Source of the DNA: a bacterium
Lineage (GTDB): Bacteria > SAR324 > NAC60-12
Assembly: GCA_965233585.1 (NCBI GenBank)
Contig: CBDDTI010000207.1
Span: forward strand, 1 to 40,251
Direction: 5' to 3'
DNA length: 40,251 bases
Part shown: positions 12,750 through 25,200 of the stretch, piece by piece
Position numbering within the stretch: position 1 is the first letter of the stretch
Layout of the letters: each line of letters begins with the position of its first letter
The notes under the pieces: generated by a model
What the model was told of the DNA's origin: nothing
What the model saw: only the letters and a program-made list of their open reading frames with translations
Databases searched by the model: none
Position numbers and translations under genes: made by a program

Positions 12750-13250
12750 TGAATTTCTTATGAATTTTTTGTGACATTTCATGATCTTATTTTGCATTTT
12801 CAAGAAATCTTTATGCATTTCTTATGCTTTTCTTATGCAGTTCTTATGCATTTCTTATGCATTTCTTATGCAATTCTTTTGCATTTCTTATGCAATTCTT
12901 TTGCATTTCTTATGCAATTCTTTTGCAATTCTTATGCATTTCTTATGCAGTTCTTATGCAGTTTTAAAAACTTCATACACTTTTGCCAAAACTGCATACA
13001 CTTTTGCCCTATGAAGTTGTAAAAACTGCATAAGAATTGCATAAGAAATGCATAAGAAATGCGTAAGAAATTCATAAGAAATGCATAAGACATGCATAAG
13101 AAATTCATAAGAAATTCCTTTAAACAAATCAGAAATGCATAAAAACTGCAAACAAAAATGCAAAAGAAGTAAAAGGAATTCAGAAGAATTTCAATAGACA
13201 TACAAAAGGAATGCATCAGAATTTCAGAAGAAATTCACAAGAAAATATTG
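12750..13250. repeat. Head-to-head array of an 11-bp unit (ttcttatgcat / atgcataagaa) forming a central quasi-palindrome; counterpart at ~20520-20990
   Basis: T-rich units 12810-12962, then reverse-complement units 13026-13115, around a ~30-bp centre at 12978-13009. Confidence 0.88.
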
Positions 13251-16200
13251 CCATTGTGTCCAAAAAATGATGAAAAATAGAATGCCTCAGGAATTTCTTT
13301 TGAAATATTTGTTGCTGTTCCTTTGCACTCTTCATGCAGTTTCTACCGCATAGAAATTTCTCCAAAATTAATTCAAACCTCATCAAACATCGAAAAACGT
13401 TCATCATATGTTTATCATTTTTCCTCTAACCAGCTCCCTTCTTTTGCACAACACTGACTTCAACTGAATCTGAATTTGCCAAAACAGATTCCAGGATATT
13501 TTGACCCAGCTACTCCAGTAAAACCAAGCCCAACCCATGTAAACCCTTCAAGGTCTTATATAAGTATGCAACAAATAAATGCGATTATACTTATAATATG
13601 TTATTATGTTACTATAGCTTTAGGCCTCCCCACCTTCAACCCTAATGCTCAAACAACATCAAGAAAAAAACCAGGTTTGAACTACCTTTTATGATCACAC
13701 ATAGATCTTAAAATAAGCTCATGTAAACCTTCAGGTGGGGATGTCTCAACATGAGGTGTCCTTTTTTCTTCTTTAAAGTGACATTTTATGGGATAAAAAG
13801 GACACCTTATTTTTTTGATGTTTTTTTTTTGAGTTAAAGTGTTTAGCTTTCAATTTTACCAGGAACGTGGTCACTTGCTAGGATCCTGGTTGTACTTTAA
13901 CATGTACATTAAGCGTCCAGATTACAGAAAAAATGGCCTGCGGTCTACAAAACGGAAGGGGACAGCCTGAGAGTGTTTTTTTGTGTTTTCTACACCTGCA
14001 ATGGATTAATTTGTTCTTCGCAGTCTCGCCTTTGCATGGTCTTTCCTTTTTGCAGAATACAACACCCCAAAAAGAACAAAAACAAACAAACAAGAAACCC
14101 AGAAATTCCACCAAAAAAGAGAGCACCAACCCAAGAAACCAAAAAACAAAGAAACAAAACAAATTGCACACCCAAAACGGGGGAAGATGCAGAGAGTTGG
14201 GTCCCGTCATGTTTTTTGTTTTGTTTGTTTTTTTGGTTTATTGTCTTTTTGGTTCCTTGTTTCTTTTGAAGGGCTGGCAGAACAAAAAAACTGGCAGGAC
14301 CTAACCTTCTGCTCCTTCTCCAAGCTTAGGGTTTGCAAATTTGTTTTTTGTTATTGTTTGCTGTGGGTCTGTGGTTTCATGACAAAACTACGACAAAACC
14401 ACAGAAAAATGTAGGTATCATCGTGGGAACTTTGTGGGTTTGGGGCATGGATTGGGCAATTTTATGTCCGATTCAGTTTTGAAAATATGCCAAAAGATTA
14501 TGCAAAACATAGGCAGCCAATCAATTTGTAGGATTGACTTTGATATTGGCACTTTTCAGTCAAAACCTTAGGTCAACAACACCTGAAATTAGTCCATTAA
14601 ATGTGAAAAAAACTAATCACAGTTTTTGACCTACCCATGGAACACTTTAAAAAATGTTCAACATCCAATACAGACAACAAATTTCCAAAACATCTACATA
14701 TCAAAGCAGATGCATACAAACACTTATACAAAGTCACAATTTCTCATCAGAAATTACATTGATTTTTAGATATTCCAACATAAAAACGTTAGTAAGTGTT
14801 TTTCTAACATAAGTGAATTTTGGTACATACGTAGATTTTACTAACAAGGAAAATTCTTGAATTTACGGTAGTAAGTCCCACAGTTTAAATAATTTTGTGC
14901 GCACCTAAATTCACTAGCATTATGGTGGTTGCTGGTGCATCTATGTTTGGCCTAATGGTTTTCACTTGTGTGGGAAGATTTAGGAGAAAGGATGAGAGCT
15001 ATGACTCCTGCAGTTGAAACACAGCTTACCTCAAACTAGCCTTGTTTCTTGATGTTACTTATGCCATTGTTTTTGAGTTTGATTGACTTTGCAGCTTGTC
15101 ACTTTGCTTGATTTACTTGTGATGGCTTCTGTTACTTCACATCAAACCACTTGTTCTTTTGAACAGCCAACCGCACACACACACAAGTGATATTTTTGAA
15201 AACAGCACAATATTTATAGAGAAACTCGTCAGATCAAGACACATAGCTGACTTGAGAACATCATGTGAATATACCGAAAACAACAGAAATTTAAGCAAAA
15301 AAACGTCACTATGAAATTTAGGTTACGACCTAAATTAATTTAGGTCGTAAAAAAAATAGGTCAATTTTTGCACCTAATTTTTTTGGATTACCTAAATCAA
15401 GGCCCTAAGTAAAATTACTAATTCCGGAGACTCAGGGTTGCCATGAGTCTGCATCATCTCGAACATCACGAAAACTCTTGGCATTGCTGTGCAGATTGAT
15501 CTTTTTCCGGAGACGCTTTGCTTCTGCCAGCCTGTGGACAAAGTAGCGCACCTTCCTGCTGATCCACATGTGTCGCTTGTCATTGTTTGGAGCCAGGATT
15601 TCCTTGCACAGGTCAGAGTCCACTTTGGGTTTTGCACCATTCCCTTGGTCAGTGTCAGTGAAAAAACTGTTCAAAATTCATACGCAGCAAAGTTTCTGGA
15701 CCTGAAAAGAAAATATACCATCAAGAATTGCCAAGGGACGCAGAACCTCAGAGCCAATGATCTTCAAGGTGAGGGCTGAAGTCTTGGACTGGAAGTTCGG
15801 CCAGTGATATGCCACTAAGTCCTGTGTTGCTTGGTGCAACGTGGGGCACATCTTAATCACAGAGGCCTCCAAGGCTGAAACCTTCTTGTGTTCCCCGCCA
15901 CTGCCACCATTGAACTCCTGGATAAGCTCACCAATCCCCTCATTCCAAGTTTTACCCGTCTCATCTGGCGAAACATGAACGCACACTGAATTGGGTCTGG
16001 TCTTGGCCTTGATGATTCACTGAACTTCTCTGCAAGGCAATTGAACTGGTCAGCCTTAGCATCACCTGAAGTCTTATGAACACACCTGAACCCGTAGCAT
16101 GCTGCGAGGAAAGGGTAAAGAGATTTCAGCTCAGCGTCTGTCAGAGACACATCGATGGCAGCAACCAGGATGAGCTTCATGGCGATGATTTTGGTGTACC

Positions 16201-17189
16201 CATTTGTGATGGTCACTGAGAACGGGTCGATGTTGGACCCAGGGTTCAGATTCTTGAAGCTGACACCAATGGGATTTTTGACTGAGTGGTATGGGACTTC
16301 AAGGAACTCTTGCACGAGCCTGAGCACATACACACTCTTCGAGGTCCTTTGAAGCTGAAATCTGGTCCAAAGCCCAGCATCCAGGGTTGTAAGACAATCT
16401 CCTCTGTACTCCCTTCTTCTGGTGGCACCGGCACAGCCAGAGCTGCTGCACGTCGCTCAAACTGAAAAGAAGGCTGCACCCTCTCAATGCAAATCATCGG
16501 GTCATGAAGGGCACTGCGAAAAGCTCCATGGTTCTGCCCGAACTGGTTCACCAGGTAGGTACCTTCAGTGAATCGACTGACACTGTCACTCAGGTGAAAA
16601 TGCAATTTGACCACTCGAACACACACACACAGACATATTTCTATACTGGGGCCTCAACTGCAGTCCACTGCATCATCCATTTCTGGGTTGCCAGATCCAC
16701 TGAACATCCCAGTGGACCAGTTGATGAGCTTCTGGGCTGCAGCTTTTGCCTCAGGGCTTGCCCTCCACGCCATGGCAAGTTCCAAAATTGGGATGTCCTG
16801 AAAAATTCTGAGCCAAAAGTGCTGAAAGTCATCATTGTCAAATGACTTCAGATGATAGTGCCAAAACCTCCTGGTCCTGTGCCAATGCTCAAGAACTGGC
16901 ACTGGCCACCCCCACCAGTGCCATTTCTCATGAATTGCTACATGAAGTGCTACCAAAAGTTATCCACCATCAGTTAGAGTTCAAGAAAAGGCAGCTGAAG
17001 ATAACTCAATAAAGAGAAATGGCACTAGCGGTGGTGGGCAGTGCCATTTCTCAGCTGTGGAAACTGAATCCTGAGATTGGGCACAATCAATTGACATCAC
17101 TAAGTATCTCCTCAGTTTCAGACAAACCTCTATTGGGACATCACTGAAGGCGGTGAAGCCATTTGAGCCTCAGGGTTGTAGATTGTCAT

Positions 17190-18343
17190 TACTAATGATG
17201 TCCTCAGAAATGGCACTGGCCAGGGTGGCTAGTGCCATTTCTCCAGATGTCAATAGTGTAGTGACTTTGGAAATCGGGGGCTGATACCTTACAGGCCACT
17301 GGAAAGAAACTTTAAGACCAAATAGGCAATGTCATTAAGATAATGATGTCCTGAGAAATGGCACTGGCCAGGGTGGCTAGTGCCATTTCTCCAGATGTCA
17401 TTATTGTAGTGACTTTGGAAATCGGGAGCTGAAAAATGACAAAGAAACTTCAAAGACCAAAAAGGCAATGTCATTAAGATAATGATATCCTGAGAAATGG
17501 CACTGGCCAGGGTGGCTAGTGCCATTTCTCCAGATGTCATTATTGTAGTGACTTTGGAAATCGGGAGCTGAAAAATGACAAAGAAACTTCAAAGACCAAA
17601 AAGGCAATGTCATTTAGATAATGATGTCCTGAGAAATGGCACTGGCCAGGGTGGCTAGTGCCATTTCTCCAGATGTCACTATAGTAGTGACTTTGGAAAT
17701 CGGGAGCTGAAAAATGACAAAGAAACTTCAAAGACCAAAAAGGCAATGTCATTTAGATAATGATGTCCTGAGAAATGGCACTGGCCAGGGTGGCTAGTGC
17801 CATTTCTCCAGATGTCACTATAGTAGTGACTTTGGAAATCGGGAGCTGAAAAATGACAAAGAAACTTCAAAGACCAAAAAGGCAATGTCATTTAGATAAT
17901 GATGTCCTGAGAAATGGCACTGGCCAGGGTGGCTAGTGCCATTTCTCCAGATGTCATTATAGTAGTGACTTTGGAAATCGGGAGCTGAAAAATGACAAAG
18001 AAACTTCAAAAACCAAAAAGGCAATGTCATTAAGATAATGATGTCCTGAGAAATGGCACTGGCCAGGGTGGCTAGTGCCATTTCTCCAGATGTCATTATT
18101 GTAGTGACTTTGGAAATCGGGAGCTGAAAAATGACAAAGAAACTTCAAAGACCAAAAAGGCAATGTCATTTAGATAATGATGTCCTGAGAAATGGCACTG
18201 GCCAGGGTGGCTAGTGCCATTTCTCCAGATGTCACTATAGTAGTGACTTTGGAAATCGGGAGCTGAAAAATGACAAAGAAACTTCAAAGACCAAAAAGGC
18301 AATGTCATTTAGATAATGATGTCCTGAGAAATGGCACTAGCCA
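17190..18343 (+). repeat. 139-bp tandem array, 8 full units plus a partial, each with GAGAAATGGCACT-N13-AGTGCCATTTCTC
   Basis: 139-bp period visible in the ORF track (17401, 17540, 17679, 17818, 17957, 18096); units nearly identical. Confidence 0.95.
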
Positions 18344-21300
18344 CCCTGAGTCTTCGGAATTAGTAAATTTAGGTCGAGCTAAATTTACGTAAATGGGAGC
18401 TGTTTAGGTAAAACATTTACTAATTTATTTTTTCCACTTAAATAAAACATCAAATTTAGGTTACGACCTAAATTAATTTACTGATCAACCTGAATTAATT
18501 TACTAATCGACCTAAATTTTTGGATGTTGCATTTTTACTTAAAACTATTTAGTTGTGTTAGCATTGTGCATGTGGGGTTGGTTACAGAATCATCAAAATT
18601 TGCTGTGATTTTGCACTGCAAACCTAGTAACTTTACTAATTTAGTAAACTTACTAATCGGGAGGAGACTGCGATTCTTTTTTGGCCAAGTCATCCAATAT
18701 TAGTAGATTGTGTGAACAATGAAAAGTGCACCAAAGGTGCATCAAACATGCCTGTTGTTGTTGTTGCTTTTGTTGTTGTTCTATCTATATAGTTGCCATG
18801 CATCTGATACATGGGGAAGAATTTGCTAACAAATTTTTACAGATTTAGTATATGCTGTTTGTTGAGAATGTTCACAAGTAAGCCTCTGTCAAAAACACAT
18901 GATTTTTGCTAAACTGTATTACGTGTAAGCTAGATTGATGCAAAAAAAGGCCAGAATCTTAGCAAGTGACCACTCAAGTAAAAAAAACAACTATTTAGGG
19001 AAACCTACATTGGGATTTACATGAGGTATCTGTATTATATCAAGTGTGATTTTTCTAGTGAAATTTACATAAGATAATTACATTGGAATTTACACGAGTG
19101 ACTGCGGAGCATTTCAGTTTGGAATGAAACACATGTTAGGTAGATTGCAATCACATTAAAACAAATCATATATCAAAGCAGGAAGAACTAAACCATAGCT
19201 ATGAAAGCTATGCTTTTTGATAAAGAACAAATATAGAGGGGTATTGTTCGTTTTGTTTTTCAGCCTGGTTTCTTGGTTTGTGTGGTTTTTCTGATTTGGT
19301 CTCTTGGCTTTAGTGGCTTTTGGTTTTTATGACTCATAAAGTGTGCTGCAATTGCTTTTGCGGTTTTTGTGTTTTTTCGGATTTTGTAGTTTTTGTAGCT
19401 GTTGTGGTTTTTATGGTGTGTGGCTCTTGTGGCTCTTGGTTTCTTCGCCTTTTGGGGTTGTTTTGGTTCGTTGGCTTTTGCGGTTTCTTGGTTTTTGTGC
19501 TTTTCCCTCTCTGAGTTTATATGCATGTGTTTGCGAAAGGGATTAACACATGTTTTCAACAAGTGTCCTAACTTGCCCTTTTCCAAGTTCTGAAAACAGT
19601 ATTTCAGGACACTTGTTGAAATTTATTGTCCAACTATTTCTACTTGAATGTGTTTCACAACAAATAATCTGTGGGGAAAACGGGGTGCTCAGTTCTTCAT
19701 TTGAACTTGCATGGGACCAATAGGAAAACCAAAACAAATGAACGGTATTTCAGAAGAGATTCAATTTCACATTGCCTTCATTTGGGTTTACTTGAGTTAG
19801 CATTCAGTTTACATGGCATGAGTGTTTGCACAGTGGACTCTATTTATTTGAGACTGCTTTTAGGGACCCTGCATTCACTTAACTTTACTTCAGACTGCGC
19901 TGGTGGCTGCACTTGGACTTTATACTTGAGAACAATTCCAATGAGTTTGCTTTTGAAAACAACTCCAATGAACTTTACCCGAGAGGGAATCCAGTGAACT
20001 TTACTTGGGAACAACTCCAATGAACTTTACATATCTGAAAAAAAGAACTTTACCTGAGAACCCTTTTTTAAGGCTGCTCAAGATGATATTGGGGTCACGT
20101 CCAGTTAACTTGGTTTGAAACCATTTCCTTCGAACTTTTGGTCAATCCTATCTTACAGAAACAGTTTTCTTTTTAGATTCAACACGCCACCTGAATCTTC
20201 ATGAGATGCCTCATCTCATCATCAAATGCATTCAGCTTGTCATCTTGTCTACATGTTTCTTTTGGAATTCAATGTCATTACTTGTGAAAAACATTAGAAC
20301 TATACTATACAAGGTTGCTTGCGACTTTCATTCTTAAGACTCATGTATTCCACCGCAGTTCAAATTGCAAAACCATATGAAAACTATTTGGAGTTATCTT
20401 GAATACAGGTTTTGATGTATTTTTATATTTACGTTATGGTTTCACGTATAGACTCTTGTTTTTTTTTTGGGGGGGTCACAACACATGGTTCTTGTACACC
20501 AGGCCTTCAGGAAATCCCTTTTGAATTTCTTATGAACTTCTTGTGACATTTCATGATTTTCTTTTGTATTTTTAAGAAGTCTTTATGCATTTCTTACGCA
20601 TTTCTTATGCAGTTCTTTTGCATTTCTTATGCATGTCCTATGCAATTCTTTTGCATTTCTTATGCAATTCTTTTGCATTTCTTATGCAGTTCTTATGCAG
20701 TTTTAAAAACTTCATACACTTTTGCCAAAACTGCATACACTTTTGCCCAAAACGTATGAAGTTGTAAAAACTGCACAAGAATTGCATAAGAAATGCATAA
20801 GAATTGCGTAAGAAATTCATAAGAAATGCATAAGACATGCATAAGAAATTCATAAGAAATTCCTTAAAAAATCAGAAATGCATAAAAACTGCAAACAAAA
20901 ATGCAAAAGAAGTAAACGGAATTCAGAAGAATTTCAATAGACATGCAAAAGGAATGCATCAGAATTTCAGAAGAAATTCACACGAAAATATTGCCATTGT
21001 GTCCAAAAGAATGATGAAAAAATGGAATGCCTCAGCAATTTCTCTTAAAATTATGTTGCTGTTCCTTTGCACTCTTCATGCACTTTCTACCGCATAGAAA
21101 TTTTCTCCAAAATTAATTCAAACCTCATCAAACATCGAAAACGTGCATCACATGTTTATCATTTTTTCTCCAACCAGCTCCCTTCTTTTGCACAACACTG
21201 ATTTCAACTGAATCTGAATTTGCCAAAACAGATTCCAGGATATTTTGACCCAGCTGCTCAAGTAAAACCAAACCCAACCCATGTAAACCCTTCAAGGTCT

Positions 21301-23196
21301 TATATAAGTATGCAACAAATAAATGCGATTATACTTAAAATATGTTATTATGTTACTATAGCTTTAGGCCTCCCCACCTTCAACCCTAATGTTCAAACAA
21401 CATCAAGAAAAAACCCAAACAAAATGAACAGGTTTGAACTACCTTTTATGATCACAAATAGATCTTAAAATAAGCTCATGTAAACCTTCAGGTGGGGATG
21501 TCTCAACATGAGGTGTCCTTTTTTCTTCTTTAAAGTGACATTTTATGGGATAAAAAGGACACCTTATTTTGATGTTTTTTTAGAGTTAAAGTGTTTAGCT
21601 TTCAATTTTACCAGAAACGTGGTCACTTGCTAGGATCCTGGTTGTACTTTAACATGTACATTAAGGGTCCAGATTACAGAAAAAATGGCCTGCGGTCTAC
21701 AAAACGGAAGGGGACAGCCTGAGAGTGTTTTTTTGTGTTTTCTACACCTGCAATGGATTAATTTGTTCTTCGCAGTCTCGCCTTTGCATGGTCTTTCCTT
21801 TTTGCAGAATACAACACCCCAAAAAGAACAAAAACAAACAAACAAGAAACCCAGAAATTTGAAATTCCACCAAAAAAAGAGAGCACCAACCCAAGAAACC
21901 AAAAAACAAAGAAACAAAACAAATTGCACACCCAAAACGGGGGAAGATGCAGAGAATTGGGTCCCGTCATGTTTTTTGTTTTGTTTGTTTTTTTGGTTTA
22001 TTGTCTTTTTGGTTCCTTGTTTCCTTTGAAGGGCTGGCAGAACAAAAAAAGTGGCAGGACCTAACCTTCTGCTACTTCTCCCAGCTTAGGGTTTGCAATT
22101 TTTTTTTTGTTATTGTTTGCTGTGGGTCTGTGGTTTCATGACAAAACTACGACAAAACCACAGAAAAATGTAGGTATCATCGTGGGAACTTTGTGGGTTT
22201 GGGACATGGATTGGTCAATTTTATGTCCGATTCAGTTTTGAAAATATGCCAAAAGATTATGCAAAACATAGGCAGCCAATCAATTCGTAGGATTGACTTT
22301 GATATTGGCATTTTTCAGTCAAAACCTTAGGTCAACAACACCTGAAATTAGTCCATTAAATGTGAAAAAAACTAATCACAGTTTTTGACCTACCCATGGA
22401 ACACTTTAAAAAATGTTCAACATCCAATACAGACAACAAATTTCCAAAACATCTACATATCAAAGCAGATGCATACAAACACTTATACAAAGTCACAATT
22501 TCTCATCAGAAATTACATTGATTTTTAGATATTCCAACATAAAAACGTTAGTAAGTGTTTTTCTAACATAAGTGAATTTTGGTACATACGTAGATTTTAC
22601 TAACAAGGAAAATTCTTGAATTTACGGTAGTAAGTCCCACAGTTTAAATAATTTTGCGCGCACCTAAATTCACTAGCATTATGGTGGTTGCTGGTGCATC
22701 TATGTTTGGCCTAATGGTTTTCACTTGTGTGGGAAGATTTAGGAGAAAGGATGAGAGCTATGACTCCTGCAGTTGAAACACAGCTTACCTCAAACTAGCC
22801 TTGTTTCTTGATGTTACTTATGCCATTGTTTTTGAGTTTGATTGACTTTGCAGCTTGTCACTTTGCTTGATTTACTTGTGATGGCTTCTGTTACTTCACA
22901 TCAAACCACTTGTTCTTTTGAACAGCCAACCGCACACACACACACAAGTGATATTTTTGAAAACAGCACAATATTTATAGAGCAACTCGTCAGATCAAGA
23001 CACATAGCTGACTTGAGAACATCATGTGAATATACTGAGAACAACAGAAATTTAAGCAAAAAAAGTCACTATGAAATTTAGGTTACGACCTAAATTAAAT
23101 TAGGTCGTAAAAAAATAGGTCAATTTTTGCACCTAATTTTTTTGGATTACCTAAATCAAGGCCCCAAGTAAATTTACTAATTCCGGAGACTCAGGG
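18344..23196 (+). mobile_element. Non-autonomous TIR DNA transposon, copy 2 (4853 bp), same orientation as copy 1, 2-bp CA duplication
   Basis: ccctgagtcttcggaattagtaaattta ... taaatttactaattccggagactcaggg; CA at 18342-18343 and 23197-23198; colinear with 10520-15437 throughout. Confidence 0.92.
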
Positions 23197-23315
23197 CACC
23201 TTGGCAGACCAGAGTTGTCACGCAAAGAAACACAATGTAGTTATTTTGAATTTATGCTCCTTAAACTCTGATTCTGTTTGGGGATGACAGAGAACCACAC
23301 TGCATCATGGTACAA

Positions 23316-24242
23316 TCAAGAAAGTATAATCTTTTTCAAGCAACTGACACCATGGAATTCAAAGTTCTCACTGAACTGGAAATATTTCACGTATGTGGCA
23401 ATGGTTAGATGACACACCCAACCATTCATTGGATTGACATTTGAAACATGCAGCATAGAAATGTTGAACGCTTGAAGTAACAGTGTGGTATTTCCTGGCA
23501 ATGTCACGCACAAACAGCTCAACATGTTCCCATCCAAGCATTGCTCCCCATGCTGGACTGATTGCCTCTGCATCTTAGTCACAAGAGACCTTTGAAACCC
23601 TTTCTGCGTTGAATGGTCTTTAAGACCTTCCTTCGCAACGATGCCCCCATTAATGGCATCCCCTTGCCATGGTGACGAGCAAACTGAGCTGTCCACTTGC
23701 ATCGCCGACGTTCAGGCATGGTCCATGGAGCCTTTGAGTTTGTCATGAGTTGGTCCATCGCTCCCTGTTTCGGCTTCGTGAAACTCTCGTCCTTCACGGC
23801 GAGCTTGCCCAAGACCACACCACTCAGCGGCATCTGCATGGAGAACATCTTCTTGTGACAGACAGGCTGGACATGTGGGCTTCCAAGCTTCTTCACAAGC
23901 ACGATCCTGGCTGATGTTTGAGAGCAATTTCGGGGATGTGCGGTAGAAACAAACAAATTCAATCGGTAACTCACATGCTTTTTCGTTTAGTACATCCCAA
24001 GTTCACAGCAAAATTAATATTGAAACATGTTTTCTTCAACAGAGATGATGGCCCCCAAGTCCTTCCATACCCATTGTGGCGAAGAACCAGCTGATCTCCA
24101 AACTCGTTGAAAGCTGCCAGCCGGAACTGAGGGAACTTGTTGTTTTGAGCCGGTACTGCATTGCAGAGCCATCTCCTTCAAGCAAGCAATCTTCCAACCA
24201 GATCTCGTTGCCCTCTGTGATTTCCTGCAGCATGGCACACAA
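23316..24242 (-). pseudogene. Decayed coding fragments, possibly a transposase remnant (weak IS1595/Merlin-like resemblance)
   Basis: Non-repetitive, higher-GC blocks with overlapping minus ORFs (LEDCLLEGDGSAM; PHVQPVCHKKMF; AVKDESFTKPK; QCLDG). Motif resemblance by eye only. Confidence 0.25.
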
Positions 24243-25200
24243 GAGGCACTACAGTTTTGAACAAATCAAATCAACAAATAATAGTCATGCAAATCAATTC
24301 ACAAATTGTTAAGTCGTTCTTTTTTCGACTGCCCCACCTCCCAACCATCCTTGTCCAGAAATTCCTGGGCCATGACCGTTTGCCTTCTGTAATAGTGGTA
24401 GGCTGAGATTTCCTTCACTTGCCAGGCAGCCAGTGCACGAAACCAAGCCATGGCAACAATAGAGATTCAATAATAGAGACGCAAAAAACATGTGGTCAAG
24501 ACTGCACTACAAAGAGTAAGATGTGAGATGTACAAATGAGACATAACCAGCAGTCAAGCCATGGCACTTGATGCGAGATGTACAAAAAGCTGCTGCTGCA
24601 GTAAAAACTCACCGCAATAAGATCTGGAATGGGTCACAGAATCTGTTCATGCAATTCAAATTGACTGAATTGGCTGACCCAAGTCTTACTCATTATTTGT
24701 GTGCCATAATCAGATCTTGAACTTGAAATACACAAGGAAGAAAATGCGGCATGGCAAAGCTCGTGGCAGAGCCCAACTTAGAGGCACTGAAAATAGAACA
24801 TTTAAATTAGATGTTTTCATTGTCATGTGTTTCTGTTTTCTTCAACCAGCATTACTTTAAGATCAACCAGCTGTACTGAAATCCAGAAAGTGTACCACTA
24901 TGCTTACTTTTTTTCTGATTACACAGTAGCTTGTTCTCATAGTACCTACAGACAGACCCTTATCTTTGGGATATCGAATCTTGTGATACTACAATATGGT
25001 TCATACTGCTGTACACTCAAGATCCTTGATATGAAGGCTTATGTTTGAGATACATAGATTTGACTAATACTATATTTGGGTAGTAACCAGTACGCAGCAA
25101 GACCACATGCACAAGAGATGTCGTGAGAGCATTTTTGTTTGCATCAGTTTTGTGATTACTCAATGTTTTCGAAATCATACAAATGTAGTGACATATTTTT

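Larger units (their letters stand above)
10520..15437 (+). mobile_element. Non-autonomous TIR DNA transposon, copy 1 (4918 bp), CCC...GGG ends, 2-bp TT duplication; CMC/EnSpm-like end signature
   Basis: 23-bp perfect TIR ccctgagtctccggaattagtaa; TT at 10518-10519 and 15438-15439; subterminal acctaaatt/aatttaggt repeats; no credible ORF; excision restores the interrupted frame. Superfamily assignment is inference only. Confidence 0.92.
8876..16773 (-). pseudogene. Large gene of unknown function inside the foldback element; split by the 10520-15437 insertion, with frameshifts, a nonsense codon and a 3' end running into the left-arm satellite
   Basis: Chain of protein-like minus-strand ORFs: MAWRASPE (ATG 16773), 16246-16626, 15857-16333, 15678-15986, 15432-15674, 10215-10517, 9678-10163, 9218-9748, 8828-9160. 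Removing the insert gives in-frame DVRDDADSWQ|MCCLFAHFRP. ORFs 10215-10517 and 9678-10163 share a frame across one TAA. Confidence 0.8.

Noticed and set aside
11488..14414. Lys-rich, Phe/Cys-rich and membrane-looking ORFs in the 4.9-kb element (and 19260-22141)
   Set aside because: They arise from low-complexity T- or A-rich tracts and shift frame between the two copies.
17190..18343. CRISPR-like array of palindromic repeats
   Set aside because: The sequence between palindromes is the same in each unit (tandem repeat, not unique spacers) and no cas-like ORF is present.
10520..23196. The two 4.9-kb direct repeats as LTRs of a retroelement
   Set aside because: Each has its own TIR and its own 2-bp duplication, there are no TG...CA ends, and there is no gag/pol between them.
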